DNA of 45,889 nt from a bacterium (GCA_021791545.1 JAJYWL010000011.1:1-45889); one strand, 5' to 3'. Shown: positions 8,086-18,582, numbered from the stretch's first letter. Notes: generated from the letters alone by a model not told the origin. A program made the numbers and translations.

Positions 8086-9368
8086 AGAATAGAAAAAGAA
8101 TAGGCGTTGCACAAATAGTTTTAATAGTCTTAATTTCGTTATTAGTAGGTTATTGGTTTGGAACAATTAAGGTAAATTTCGATTGGAATAACTATCATCC
8201 CGTCCTCAATGTTATAGGAAAAGAGCCTCCCTCAGGCGTTGTAAACATAGATTTTAACCCTTTCTGGAATGTTTGGGAAAGACTTCAAGCAGGATATTAC
8301 GATAAGTCAAAGTTAGATCAGCAGAAAATGCTCAACGGAGCAATTCAAGGAATGGTCCAAAGTCTGGGAGATCCATTTACCATGTATCTTCCTCCTGTTC
8401 AAAACGACAACTTTAAACAGGGATTAGCAGGACAATTCTCGGGAATCGGGGCAGAGCTCGGAACGGCATCAAATAATAAAGATGTAATAGTAATAGCGCC
8501 TTTGGATGGAAGTCCAGCAGAAAAAGCCGGGATTAAGGCCGGAGACACGATTCTTCGCGTAGACGGACAAATAGTAAACGGTACCGATTTGACTGCTGTC
8601 GTAAATAAGATAAGAGGACCCAAGGGAACAAAGGTTACATTAACTGTTTCGCATAAAGATTCTAACGGTAAGCAGCAGGATATAACTATTACAAGAGACA
8701 CGATAACATTAAAAAGCGTTACAGATTCAATAAAAACCTTTAATTGTTCTCAAACAGAATGTAAGGCCTCCGATGATAAGAGCGCAAACACAAAAATCGG
8801 ATATATAAGACTTTCTCAATTTGGAGATAACACAAACCAGGAATGGCTTGCAGCGGTAAAAGATCTAAATTCGAAAATGGCATCCGATAAAAACGTTAAA
8901 GGGATAATACTCGATTTAAGAAATAATCCCGGAGGATATCTTACAGATGCAACTTTTGTTGCCGGTGAATTCCTTCCACAGGGAACTCCGGTTGTAATAC
9001 AAGATGACGGACAGGGAAATACAAAGACTCTGTCGGTAGATAGAACCGGAACCTTGTTAAATGTACCCTTAATTGTTCTTATAAATAAGGGAAGTGCGTC
9101 AGCAAGCGAAATAGTTTCCGGGGCTTTAAGAGACAATAAGAGAGCCAAGCTTGTCGGAGATACTTCTTTTGGAAAAGGAACGATACAGCAGGCAGAAGAT
9201 TTGGGAGACGGAGCAGGTCTTCACGTAACTATTGCCAAATGGCTTACTCCAAATAAGACTTGGGTAAACGGAAAAGGTCTTACTCCCGATGTTAGTGTTT
9301 CGTTGGATCCCAAAGATCCCTCTAGAGACACTCAGCTTGAAAAAGGCGTTTACGAGTTGGTAAAATAG
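8082..9368 (+). CDS. ctpA: S41 family carboxyl-terminal processing protease (PDZ)
   Basis: LDLRNNPGG, SASASEI, SFGKG; N-terminal membrane anchor. Confidence 0.93.
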   Translation: MKNRKRIGVAQIVLIVLISLLVGYWFGTIKVNFDWNNYHPVLNVIGKEPPSGVVNIDFNPFWNVWERLQAGYYDKSKLDQQKMLNGAIQGMVQSLGDPFTMYLPPVQNDNFKQGLAGQFSGIGAELGTASNNKDVIVIAPLDGSPAEKAGIKAGDTILRVDGQIVNGTDLTAVVNKIRGPKGTKVTLTVSHKDSNGKQQDITITRDTITLKSVTDSIKTFNCSQTECKASDDKSANTKIGYIRLSQFGDNTNQEWLAAVKDLNSKMASDKNVKGIILDLRNNPGGYLTDATFVAGEFLPQGTPVVIQDDGQGNTKTLSVDRTGTLLNVPLIVLINKGSASASEIVSGALRDNKRAKLVGDTSFGKGTIQQAEDLGDGAGLHVTIAKWLTPNKTWVNGKGLTPDVSVSLDPKDPSRDTQLEKGVYELVK

Positions 9369-9372
9369 CGCT

Positions 9373-10515
9373 ATGAGAAGGTTGCTTGTATTACTTGGGG
9401 TTCTTCTAATATTATCAGGCGTCTTAAGCCTCGTATCTGATTACGCACCAAAATTTAACGGTTTCAATCTTAATAAACCACAGGAGCAGAAAGTTAAAGT
9501 AGTTACCGAGGAATCCGTTACTGTAAATGACGTCAAGGAGATAGGACCTTCGGTTGTTACAGTGCTTGAAGAGGCAGCTCCTCAGAGTAGTGGGCAAACC
9601 TTTAATTTCGGACCTTTCGGAATTTTTCAGGTACCTCAGGAAAGTCCAACTCCCGCTCAACCACAGGCAATAGGATCGGGTTTTATAGTTTCGTCTGACG
9701 GAATAGTTGTAACAAATAAACACGTCGTTGCAGACACAAGCGGTACATATCAGGTGGTAACAAGTAACGACAAAACATATACCGTCAAGAATATCTACAG
9801 GGATCCTCTAAATGATATAGCAATATTGAAAATTGATCCTTCTGAAAATCCCGGTCAGAATCTTAAGGCTGCAAAACTTGGAGATTCTTCAAAACTTGAA
9901 GTAGGACAATTTGTTGTAGCAATAGGAACAGCTCTTGGGGAATTTAGAAATACGGTAACTACAGGAGTGATTTCAGGTTTAGGAAGAGGGATCACTGCAG
10001 GAAGTGCTTTTCAGGGTTTTGTGGAAAGGTTGGATAATGTAATCCAGACAGATGCAGCCATAAATCCCGGAAATTCGGGAGGACCATTAGTAGATTCTTC
10101 GGGACAGGTTATAGGAATAAATACCGCGGTTTCACAAAGCGGACAAAACATAGGTTTTGCACTTCCCATAAATATTCTCAAGGATTCTTTAAATAACTTT
10201 AACCAGACAGGACAATTCAATAGGCCTTATTTGGGAATTGCCTATAAGATGGTAACCAAAGATTTGGCGCTAATAAACGGAGTAGCTCAGGGAGCATATA
10301 TTGAGAGCGTTGTTTCGGGATCTCCTGCAGAAAAAGCAGGAATTAAACAAGGAGATATAATTACAAAAATGGATGGGAAGGCTTTGGATGGAACAAAAGA
10401 ACCTTCAACAATAATAGCATCTAAAAAAGTAGGGGATAGTATTTCTATGACTATCTGGAGAAACGGAAAGACATTGGATACAACAGCAACGCTTGTAACT
10501 GCACCGGCTCAATAA
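9373..10515 (+). CDS. htrA: HtrA/DegP-like trypsin serine protease with PDZ domain
   Basis: GSGFI, TNKHVV, QTDAAINPGNSGGPL, C-terminal PDZ. Confidence 0.93.
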   Translation: MRRLLVLLGVLLILSGVLSLVSDYAPKFNGFNLNKPQEQKVKVVTEESVTVNDVKEIGPSVVTVLEEAAPQSSGQTFNFGPFGIFQVPQESPTPAQPQAIGSGFIVSSDGIVVTNKHVVADTSGTYQVVTSNDKTYTVKNIYRDPLNDIAILKIDPSENPGQNLKAAKLGDSSKLEVGQFVVAIGTALGEFRNTVTTGVISGLGRGITAGSAFQGFVERLDNVIQTDAAINPGNSGGPLVDSSGQVIGINTAVSQSGQNIGFALPINILKDSLNNFNQTGQFNRPYLGIAYKMVTKDLALINGVAQGAYIESVVSGSPAEKAGIKQGDIITKMDGKALDGTKEPSTIIASKKVGDSISMTIWRNGKTLDTTATLVTAPAQ

Positions 10516-10518
10516 TTT

Positions 10519-11457
10519 ATGTCAAAAATACAAAAAGACGTTCCTCTGAAAAATTACAGCAATTATAAGATAGGTGGAAATGCTTCATATTTTCTTGATG
10601 TAAGAACTAAGGAAGACCTTATTGAAGGCCTTAGGGAGTGGAGACAGAGGGGGGAGAATAAGGAGATTTTTATTCTTGGGGGAGGAACAAATATTCTTAT
10701 TTCCGATGACGGTTTTGACGGTTTAATAATTCATTGTTCTATAAAAGGTATTGAACTTAACGGTGAAGAGTTAACTGTTGGCGCAGGAGAGTCTATCTGG
10801 GACATAGACAAGTTTCTGGTAGAAAAGTCCCTTTCGGGTATGGAATGGTCTGGTGGACTTCCCGGAACGATAGGTGGAGCTGTGAGGGGCAATGCGGGAG
10901 CTTTTAGTGGAGAAACAAAAGACATTGTTAGTAGGGTGCAGAGTATAGACTTGGAAACTCTTGAGGAAAAAGAAAGAGATAATAAAGATTGCGAGTTTTC
11001 TTACAGGAATAGTATTTTTAAAAAGAATGGAGACAAGGAGCTTATTCTTTCGGTTACACTTTCGCTAAGAAAAGGCGAGAGAGATGAAATAGAGGAAAGA
11101 ACATTAAGAAATGTCCAGTACAGACAAGAAAGACACCCTCTTGAATATCCGAACATAGGAAGTACTTTTAAAAACATTCCTTGGGACAATGTACCGGAAG
11201 ATCTAAAAGTACACTGGAAAGTTTATTTAAAGGATGATCCGTTTCCTGTTGTTCCTGTTGCTAAAATTATTGCTCTTGCAGGATTAAAAGGAACGACTGT
11301 AGGTGAGGCAATGGTTTCCGATAAACACACTAATTTTATTGTTAATCTTGGTGGTGCTAAAGCTTCTGACGTAAAAGGAGTAATAGAAGAAGTGAAGGAT
11401 AAGGTTAAAGATAAGTTCGGAGTAAACCTGGAAGAAGAAGTAATGTATCTTAATTAA
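10519..11457 (+). CDS. murB: UDP-N-acetylenolpyruvoylglucosamine reductase
   Basis: GGGTNIL, PGTIGGAVRGNAGA, GSTFKN, HTNFIVN. Confidence 0.95.
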   Translation: MSKIQKDVPLKNYSNYKIGGNASYFLDVRTKEDLIEGLREWRQRGENKEIFILGGGTNILISDDGFDGLIIHCSIKGIELNGEELTVGAGESIWDIDKFLVEKSLSGMEWSGGLPGTIGGAVRGNAGAFSGETKDIVSRVQSIDLETLEEKERDNKDCEFSYRNSIFKKNGDKELILSVTLSLRKGERDEIEERTLRNVQYRQERHPLEYPNIGSTFKNIPWDNVPEDLKVHWKVYLKDDPFPVVPVAKIIALAGLKGTTVGEAMVSDKHTNFIVNLGGAKASDVKGVIEEVKDKVKDKFGVNLEEEVMYLN

Positions 11458-12122
11458 TCGTATCCGGGAAAATAGTCTTTTCTCATATTTTCTTTTTTAA
11501 TTCCTAACCCCAGAAGAATGTTATTTATTTCTTTTACCATTTGTTCAGGTCCCGAGATATAAATAATTCTTTCCTTAAAATCATCGACTGTTTTGATTAA
11601 ATTTTCATCTATTCTTTTTCCTACAACATATTCTATTTTAAGATTAGGATTTTTATAACTATCGAATTCTTCTTTAAAGGCAATATTGTCTGAAGAGTTA
11701 GAGTAAAGAAGAATTATATCTGCATTTAAATCTCCATGATTTAGCTCCGAAAGGATGGATCTGAATGGGGTAATTCCTATTCCTCCGGCAATAAATAGAT
11801 ATTTTTTCCCGGTTCCTTCAAAAATAAAATCTCCGTCAGGACCTTTTGCGTTTATTTTATCTCCTAGTTCTAATTCCATAAGAGCTTTTTTGAAAGTACT
11901 ACCATTCTCGGAAATTCTTGTTGTTATGTTGATTATATTTTCAAAAGGGGCGGAGGAGATGGTAAAAAATCTTTGTCTTCCTCTTACATCTTCATTTTCA
12001 TGTTTTAAAGAGTATATATTGAATTGTCCCGGATCCCAAGTAAAATTTTGAGGTAACTCAAAGGAAAATGTCCAGACGTCATTTGTTTCTTTTTTCTTCC
12101 CAAGAAATTTTAATTCCATCAT
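11454..12122 (-). CDS. FAD/NAD(P)-binding ferredoxin reductase-like oxidoreductase
   Basis: RFFTISS, GPDGDF, IAGGIGITPF, YISGP. Confidence 0.9.
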   Translation of the reverse strand: MMELKFLGKKKETNDVWTFSFELPQNFTWDPGQFNIYSLKHENEDVRGRQRFFTISSAPFENIINITTRISENGSTFKKALMELELGDKINAKGPDGDFIFEGTGKKYLFIAGGIGITPFRSILSELNHGDLNADIILLYSNSSDNIAFKEEFDSYKNPNLKIEYVVGKRIDENLIKTVDDFKERIIYISGPEQMVKEINNILLGLGIKKENMRKDYFPGYD

Positions 12123-12169
12123 CTTATATTAATACAATTTTGTAAGAAAACAATAAGGTTGAGCAAGTC

Positions 12170-13897
12170 TTGAAAAAGGATTACAAGCTCATGTATGATT
12201 TATTTGTGGAGAACATTTTCCTCGAATTTACGGTAATTATTTGTTTTGCAGCAGTAGTATCGTTGGTCTTCAGATTTTTTAAACAACCTGAAATATTGGC
12301 ATATATTCTTACTGGAATATTGATAGGCCCTTTCGGCTTATTTCATCTGACCAACCAGTCTACTTTCCAGACACTTTCACAGGTTGGAATTACTCTTCTT
12401 TTGTTTATGGTAGGTTTGGAAATAAAGCTTTCCGAGCACTTCCAGATAGGGAAGTCTCTTCTTTTGTCTGCCTTAGGACAGATAGCCTTAACTTTTGCCG
12501 CAGCTTACGGGCTTACTTTTGTTTTTGGCTTCAATCTTATTGAGGCACTTTATTTAAGCGTTGCCCTTACTTTTTCGAGCACCATAATAATTGTTAAGAT
12601 CCTTTCCGATAAAAGAGATCTTCATAGTCTTTATGCAAAAATTTCTCTTGGTATTCTTCTTGCTCAGGATTTGGTAGCGATTTTCATATTGATGTTTCTT
12701 TCGGCATTTAACCATGTAGCAAATCCCGCTGCTGCTCTTGGTCAGTTCGGTTTTGTTTTTCTAAAAGCAGTACTTGTATTCGGTGCGGTCATCTATCTTA
12801 GTAAAAGTGTATTCCCAAAGCTTGTAGAATTAATAGCAAAATCTCCGGAAACCTTATTCCTCGTAAGTCTTGCATGGGTATTTGGTTTCGCAGCTTTCAT
12901 AAGTTCACCGCTTATCGGTTTTTCTATTGAGATAGGGGGATTTTTAGCAGGTCTTGCGCTTGCTAATTCCATAGCAAACTATCAAATTATCGCAAAGGCA
13001 AAAATTTTAAGAGACTTTTTTATAGTTATATTTTTTGTGCTCTTAGGAGTTCAGATGACTTTTGGAAACATAGAAAGAGTCATTGTTCCGGCAATAGTGT
13101 TTTCGCTTTTTGTTCTACTACTTAAACCTCTTTTGGTAATGGGGCTTTTGGGAATTTTAGGATACAGGAAAAGAACTTCATTTTTGACCGGAATTTCTTT
13201 GTCTCAGATTTCCGAATTTTCTCTAATTCTTGTATTTTTAGGAAATAGATTGGGGCATGTCTCAAAAGATCTGGTAACACTTGTAACCCTTATCTGTATA
13301 ATAACATTCGTTGTTTCTACATATCTGATTACAAACGGTAATAAAATTTATCTTTCTGTAGGGAAGTGGTTTACTTTTTTGGAAAGAAAAAACCTTAAAA
13401 AAGATGAAGTAATCGAAGAGTTGGAAAATTTTGATTCTTTGAATGACCATGTGGTAATTATCGGTGGAGACCAGATGGGGCAGAGTATTTTGGACGCATT
13501 GGAAGACGGACATGACGAAGTTGTCGTTATAGACTTTGACCCCGCAATCGTAAAGAAATTGAAAGATAAAAAGATACATAGGTTATTTGGTGATATAGCA
13601 GATATTGATATACAGGAAAGAGCGAAACTTGATAGTGCGAAGCTTGTAATTTCAACAATCCCTGATGTAGAGGACAATCTATTATTGCTTCGTCTTCTTC
13701 ATAAGGAAAATAAAAAAGCAAAAGTAGTAGTGATGGCATTGGACGGAATTGATGCCAAATCATTGTATAAAGCAGGAGCAGATTATGTGGTTCTTCCTCA
13801 TTTAGCAGGAGGAAGACAAATAGCAAAGATAATAAGCGAGAATCATGTAGGCCACATTGAAGACTTGAGAAAGAAAGACAGAGAATACTTACTCTGA
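12170..13897 (+). CDS. CPA2/Kef-type cation:proton antiporter with TrkA-N (RCK) domain; true start probably slightly downstream
   Basis: [23 protein letters not shown]; C-terminal [13 protein letters not shown]. Confidence 0.9.
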   Translation: MKKDYKLMYDLFVENIFLEFTVIICFAAVVSLVFRFFKQPEILAYILTGILIGPFGLFHLTNQSTFQTLSQVGITLLLFMVGLEIKLSEHFQIGKSLLLSALGQIALTFAAAYGLTFVFGFNLIEALYLSVALTFSSTIIIVKILSDKRDLHSLYAKISLGILLAQDLVAIFILMFLSAFNHVANPAAALGQFGFVFLKAVLVFGAVIYLSKSVFPKLVELIAKSPETLFLVSLAWVFGFAAFISSPLIGFSIEIGGFLAGLALANSIANYQIIAKAKILRDFFIVIFFVLLGVQMTFGNIERVIVPAIVFSLFVLLLKPLLVMGLLGILGYRKRTSFLTGISLSQISEFSLILVFLGNRLGHVSKDLVTLVTLICIITFVVSTYLITNGNKIYLSVGKWFTFLERKNLKKDEVIEELENFDSLNDHVVIIGGDQMGQSILDALEDGHDEVVVIDFDPAIVKKLKDKKIHRLFGDIADIDIQERAKLDSAKLVISTIPDVEDNLLLLRLLHKENKKAKVVVMALDGIDAKSLYKAGADYVVLPHLAGGRQIAKIISENHVGHIEDLRKKDREYLL

Positions 13898-14776
13898 GGT
13901 TTCCAGGCTTTTAAGTTCTTCTTCTACTTCGTCTAAATTTCCGTCAAGAATTCCTTCAAGGTTTCTCCAAGATTTGTTTATTCTGTGGTCTGTTAATCTG
14001 TCCTGGGGGAAATTATATGTCCTTATTTTTTCGGCTCTCATTCCGTGTCCTACCTGAGTGGATTTTATAGATGCAATCTCTCCGTGCTGTTTTTCAACTT
14101 CCATTTCCCAAAGCTTAGCCCTTAACATTTCGAGAGCAAGTTCACGGTTCTGGGCCTGGAATCTTTGTGTCTGACAGGATACTACAATTCCGGTAGGTTT
14201 GTGTTTTAATCTTACCGCGGTTGATACTTTATTTACATTTTGTCCGCCGTGTCCTCCCGATCTAAAGGCTTCAAATTCAATATCATCGGGATTAATATGT
14301 AAATCAATATCTTCAAGTTCAGGCAAGATTGATACGGTAGCTGTAGAAGTATGGACTCTTCCTCTTTTTTCAGTTACCGGAATTCTTTGTACTCTGTGTA
14401 CTCCTGCTTCATATTTGAAAGCTTCAAAAGCTCCATGTCCGGAAATCTTTATTACATCATCATCGAGCTGTTCTACCTGGAATCTTAGTTTTTCGGCATA
14501 TCTCATATACATTCTTAAGAGTTCTTCTCCCCAGAGTTTTGCTTCATCTCCACCTGCGGCACCGCTAATCTGAAGAATTACGTTTCTTTCTCCTAAGTCG
14601 TCTCCACCTGATTCTTCTTTTTCTTCCATAGAGGTTAGGATATCCTGTTTTTGTCTTTCGAGTTCTTCTATCTCTGTTTTTGCCATTTCAGAGAGTGAGG
14701 GATCTTCTAAAAGGGATTTTGTCTCTTCAATTTTTCGTTCGAGGTCCTGTATTTGTACTAATCTGTAATCTTCCAT
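13889..14776 (-). CDS. prfA: Peptide chain release factor 1 (short N-terminus)
   Basis: [14 protein letters not shown] (PxT of RF1), GGQ motif, RTYNFPQDR; follows rpmE. Confidence 0.93.
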   Translation of the reverse strand: MEDYRLVQIQDLERKIEETKSLLEDPSLSEMAKTEIEELERQKQDILTSMEEKEESGGDDLGERNVILQISGAAGGDEAKLWGEELLRMYMRYAEKLRFQVEQLDDDVIKISGHGAFEAFKYEAGVHRVQRIPVTEKRGRVHTSTATVSILPELEDIDLHINPDDIEFEAFRSGGHGGQNVNKVSTAVRLKHKPTGIVVSCQTQRFQAQNRELALEMLRAKLWEMEVEKQHGEIASIKSTQVGHGMRAEKIRTYNFPQDRLTDHRINKSWRNLEGILDGNLDEVEEELKSLETSE

Positions 14777-14809
14777 AGGAAGCTTTTCCCAAATATAGGG
14801 ATAGGGTAG

Positions 14810-15103
14810 CTACTTAATTGCTTCGAGCATTTCGCGGAGTGTCTTTGGTCCTTCGGATTTTCTTTTTTCTTCTTTTTCTTTTTTCTTTGCAACATGAAGC
14901 TGTGCTACCTGTTGTTTCTTCTGGAATTTATCAATTCTTGAAGCACTGTCTACAAATCTTTGTTCTCCTGTATAGAAAGGATGGCATTTAGAGCAAAGTT
15001 CAACTCTAATTTCCGGCACAGTTGCACCTACGGTAAATGTATTTCCGCATGCGCAAACAACTTTAGCATCATCAAAATATTGTGGATGTATTGCCTGTTT
15101 CAT
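14810..15103 (-). CDS. rpmE: 50S ribosomal protein L31 (Zn-binding type)
   Basis: [23 protein letters not shown]. Confidence 0.97.
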   Translation of the reverse strand: MKQAIHPQYFDDAKVVCACGNTFTVGATVPEIRVELCSKCHPFYTGEQRFVDSASRIDKFQKKQQVAQLHVAKKKEKEEKRKSEGPKTLREMLEAIK

Positions 15104-15178
15104 AACCTAATAATTATACAAGATTATTGAAGCTAATACAAGTTAAAAACTGAAGAATCTTTTTGATATAATCTTTTT

Positions 15179-15751
15179 ATGGTAGAAATTACAGGAAGCG
15201 GTCCAATTCTGGGTCATGAATCTGTTTTAACAAGACAAACTGCAACTCCAAAATCGGGAGTAAGACATCTAGAACCTGTCGAGAATTACGATCCCAATAC
15301 TTATGTAGAGAAGGGGAGAACTGGAACTCTTGAATATTTTCAGCAGAAATTGGGAGAAGAAAGCCACAGTTTTCTTTGGAGAGGGTATGTTGCAGATGGA
15401 GCTAGAAGCGTTACGGGGGCAGTTATTCAAAGAGATGAAGGTAAATTTTTAATGTGGATTCCTCTAGAAAAATATACCTTGGGAAGTGCTCACTTACTTA
15501 ATTTAATTAGTAGAAAATATCCTACTGCGGAGGTAGTTGCTAAGTTTTATCTTTCCCGTGGAGGAGAGGGAACAAAGCCACTTTTATCGGTTGAAGCTGC
15601 AAGGGGAACCCAGGCAGAAGAGACAGAAGAGGTCGTAGATTATTTTGGAAGAAGTCTTAACTGGAATCAAAATGCAGCAAATCTGAGAGTAAGCTATGCA
15701 AACGAACAAAAACCATTTACTGGAGATTTACAGGGATTTTTAGCTAAATAA
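15179..15751 (+). CDS. Hypothetical protein
   Basis: 190-aa ORF with an extended -10 (TGATATAAT) 6 nt before the ATG; no recognised family. Confidence 0.6.
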   Translation: MVEITGSGPILGHESVLTRQTATPKSGVRHLEPVENYDPNTYVEKGRTGTLEYFQQKLGEESHSFLWRGYVADGARSVTGAVIQRDEGKFLMWIPLEKYTLGSAHLLNLISRKYPTAEVVAKFYLSRGGEGTKPLLSVEAARGTQAEETEEVVDYFGRSLNWNQNAANLRVSYANEQKPFTGDLQGFLAK

Positions 15752-15755
15752 CAAA

Positions 15756-16421
15756 ATGGCAGAGCAAATTGGTCAGCCGGATTCCCCGGTAAAAACATCT
15801 ATAAAACCTTCAACTGGTCTTTTAGGACAAAGGATAGAGGTTATAAAAGGTATGCCCGGAATTACACCTGAAAAAGCAAGAGAAAGACTCTCTCTTCTTG
15901 GTTATACTCCCGAACTTTGTGATCAAATGTTTGAGAGAAATTTAGGAAGCCATGAGACACGAGCTTTGATATATATATCAAGAGGTAAAAAACGTCAGAA
16001 ATTGGAAGATGTTTATAGAAAGCTTTTTCCGGAAACAGAAGAGCGTGAAGGACAACGTTTCCCATATAAAAGAGAAGAATTTACCGGTGAGAGTATCTCG
16101 GATGATTGGGAAAAAATTCTTGCAGATAGTGAAAGAGATCACATGGTTAAGGGAGTTCTCTGTAAGGGAGTAAGAGATAAAAGAGTAATTGCGTGGACAG
16201 AAGAGGGTGGTCATGGTTCACTTCTTGCCGAAGTAAAACTTCCTTCAGTTATAGATTTTACTTTACTGACAAACTTGAATGGTAGAAATTATTTAGAATT
16301 TAGGCAATTTCCTGAAGCAACAACAGAAGACGTAGAAAATCTTGTTAATTATTTTAAACAAAGTGCAGGAAGTCAAAGAGACAGTTTAGATATTAGAACA
16401 GGGGATCTTACTTTGCGCTAA
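15756..16421 (+). CDS. Hypothetical protein
   Basis: 221-aa ORF 4 nt downstream of the previous gene; no recognised family. Confidence 0.6.
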   Translation: MAEQIGQPDSPVKTSIKPSTGLLGQRIEVIKGMPGITPEKARERLSLLGYTPELCDQMFERNLGSHETRALIYISRGKKRQKLEDVYRKLFPETEEREGQRFPYKREEFTGESISDDWEKILADSERDHMVKGVLCKGVRDKRVIAWTEEGGHGSLLAEVKLPSVIDFTLLTNLNGRNYLEFRQFPEATTEDVENLVNYFKQSAGSQRDSLDIRTGDLTLR

Positions 16422-16758
16422 TGTGGATTGCAAAGCCGGGGGCACCTTCCTGAACTCCAATTATTCCCATTTCACATCCTTCAATATTCCAAACAGTTGT
16501 TGTCATGGTGTGATTCATAAAATCATTATTGGAGGCAATTCTTGTTGCCGCATAAGAGGGGAGAGAAGCGATAGCTTTGTTTTTCTCACCTAGGCAACCC
16601 ATAAGTGTCAGGTTGGCTTTAGTAGTGGGAATTCTAAAAGTTAAACCCAAGGATAGGCCTACATTCATTAAGAGCAAAACAAAACCTAGGGTTATTACTA
16701 CAAAAAAACCCGCAAATCCGAAATGTATATTTGAGTTATAACTACTTTTGTCTGCCAT
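16408..16758 (-). CDS. Hypothetical membrane protein (start moved to ATG 16758)
   Basis: One hydrophobic segment; TTGACA-N17-TATTCT upstream of MADKSS. Confidence 0.55.
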   Translation of the reverse strand: MADKSSYNSNIHFGFAGFFVVITLGFVLLLMNVGLSLGLTFRIPTTKANLTLMGCLGEKNKAIASLPSYAATRIASNNDFMNHTMTTTVWNIEGCEMGIIGVQEGAPGFAIHISAK

Positions 16759-16837
16759 ATATAGCTTAAGAATATATTTTCTTGTATTAGTTGTCAAACT
16801 TACCTTTCTTTAATAGAGATGTTATATAATTTAACTG

Positions 16838-17299
16838 ATGACAGAAATAATTCCTCCATCGAGTCCTGAAAAGCCTAGTTCATACTGGGAGTCTAATCCT
16901 CAACTTTTGGAACAAGTAAGAGAAACTGCACAAAGAGCATATTATGTTGATGAGACTATGGTTGAAAGAATGTCTTTGATATTTGGTAATTACCCAAGGG
17001 TAAGGATAGAAATGGCCCAAAGAAGGGGAGTATTTAACGAGATGTCAAAAAGACAAATTGATACGATGATTTCAATGTATTTTACTATTCCTCCCAAAAC
17101 ATCCGAGGAAATGGCAAGAATTTTAAGGGTATCGCCGGAAAGAGTAGGAAACATAGTATCAGGAATTTCAAGAAAACTGAGTATCGTCCGAAACAGAAAT
17201 CTTAAATATTTAGATGATGAAATGTCTGCTTTAAGAGCCCAGGAGGGTATGGATTTAATTAGAGGAAGACAGATTAGAAAAGCAGAATTGGGAGAATAA
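16838..17299 (+). CDS. Protein with a stand-alone sigma70 region-4-like HTH
   Basis: MSKRQIDTMISMYF...PKTSEEMARILRVSPERVGNIVSGISRKL parallels the sigma70 region 4 pattern. Confidence 0.6.
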   Translation: MTEIIPPSSPEKPSSYWESNPQLLEQVRETAQRAYYVDETMVERMSLIFGNYPRVRIEMAQRRGVFNEMSKRQIDTMISMYFTIPPKTSEEMARILRVSPERVGNIVSGISRKLSIVRNRNLKYLDDEMSALRAQEGMDLIRGRQIRKAELGE

Positions 17300-17367
17300 G
17301 TCAAAACTTACTTTTTTCTAATAGTCCTTTAGTTTTTTACTTTCATTTTTGAAATATACTAGGGAAA

Positions 17368-17850
17368 ATGAAAGAGTATAGCCCTCAAACCGCAATTAAA
17401 ATAGGTGAAATGCCCAGGCCTTACTATTATGCAAGGGAAAGACCGGGAAAACCTCAAAAGAGAATAGGAGTAGAAACTTTTTCCAGCGACGGAGAAATAA
17501 GAAGATTTTTCTTTTGGAGAAATTTTCATTTAGATTTGTCTTTTCAAGCAGGAGTTCATGATGCGGCAGCCTTTATTGCAAGATTAAAATTGGAAAAAGG
17601 TGTTGATTCTGCGGTAGGACCAGCAATAAATATTACTGATAGTGATCCAAGGGTAAATTATGTTGCCTTAAAAGAAGAGCATGGATTGATAGGAGTGTAT
17701 ATAAGAGAGGACCAGGGTGTACTTTTTGATTTTTCTTCTGATATAAATAAAATAAGGTCAGAGCAAGAATTAAAAGATATGTTTCCAGACAGATTTGAAG
17801 AGGAGTATGTAAGAGCTGCTATTTTTCTTCCGTCAGTCAATCCCTCTTGA
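17368..17850 (+). CDS. Hypothetical protein
   Basis: 160-aa ORF; TATACT 7 nt before the ATG. Confidence 0.6.
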   Translation: MKEYSPQTAIKIGEMPRPYYYARERPGKPQKRIGVETFSSDGEIRRFFFWRNFHLDLSFQAGVHDAAAFIARLKLEKGVDSAVGPAINITDSDPRVNYVALKEEHGLIGVYIREDQGVLFDFSSDINKIRSEQELKDMFPDRFEEEYVRAAIFLPSVNPS

Positions 17851-17883
17851 CAAATAGTTAAGTATACGTATAATATACGTATA
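17847..17883 (+). promoter_or_regulatory. Consensus sigma70 promoter overlapped by two TATACGTATA palindromes (putative operator)
   Basis: TTGACA 17847-17852, N16, TATAAT 17869-17874; palindromes at 17863-17872 and 17874-17883. Confidence 0.75.
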
Positions 17884-18392
17884 TGCCTAATAAAACTATT
17901 TATGTGAGTAAGGAAGATACCTCAATTTTTGAAGAAGCAAAACAAATAGCTGGAGAAGCGTTATCCTCTGTTATTGCAAAAGCCGTAAGAGAGTTTGTTG
18001 CCAATACTAAAATACAAAGAAAAGGAATGAAAGAAGTTTCACTTCTTGTAGGTCCAAACAACAATGAAAGAACTAAAAAATTTATCGCTTCCTTTGTGGG
18101 TGAGTGGAAGGGTTTTAGTGATGATAAAGAATGGTTTCAAAGGGCAGATATTTACAGGACACAAAAAGGTAATTGGGTAGTATATTTGGTGACAGTATGT
18201 AAGGCAAGTTTACTGACAGATAAGGGTAAATGGAAGACTAATGGAGATTATTTGGTTGATTCAAAAAGAAGCGATTTATATGTTGGTGGTTCTTTGGAAG
18301 AGTTTAAAAATAAACTTCCTGAAAAACTGTATTCTACACTTGAAGAACTTTTTGAAAAAGAAAAAAATCCAGTTGAATTTTTAGACATTTAA
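17883..18392 (+). CDS. EXLDI family protein (N-terminal ribbon-helix-helix-like regulator)
   Basis: MPNKTIYVS...LSSVIAKAVREFV N-terminus and C-terminal VEFLDI (ExLDI). Confidence 0.85.
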   Translation: MPNKTIYVSKEDTSIFEEAKQIAGEALSSVIAKAVREFVANTKIQRKGMKEVSLLVGPNNNERTKKFIASFVGEWKGFSDDKEWFQRADIYRTQKGNWVVYLVTVCKASLLTDKGKWKTNGDYLVDSKRSDLYVGGSLEEFKNKLPEKLYSTLEELFEKEKNPVEFLDI

Positions 18393-18406
18393 AGGAGGTG
18401 AGTAGG

Positions 18407-18562
18407 GTGGCAGATAAAGATTTTGATGATATAGCAAAGTATAATTCTTTAAGACACATGGGTAAATGGTATAGCTGGGATTCACCGGTAGGACTCTCAA
18501 TTTTCTTTTTAACATTGGTCTTAATGGCAGTATTAGTTAAATTGGTTTTCTTTGCGAGGTAA
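18407..18562 (+). CDS. Unannotated 51-aa single-pass membrane microprotein (MADKDFDDIAKYNSLRHMGKWYSWDSPVGLSIFFLTLVLMAVLVKLVFFAR)
   Basis: AGGAGGTG directly after the EXLDI stop, GTG start at 18407, TAA 18560-18562, C-terminal TM helix. Confidence 0.75.
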   Translation: MADKDFDDIAKYNSLRHMGKWYSWDSPVGLSIFFLTLVLMAVLVKLVFFAR

Positions 18563-18566
18563 GATA

Positions 18567-18582
18567 AAACTCGGCCGAGTTT
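18567..18582. terminator. Perfect palindrome AAACTCGGCCGAGTTT between convergent genes; possible bidirectional terminator
   Basis: 16-bp palindrome between the microprotein stop and the hisS stop. Confidence 0.5.
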
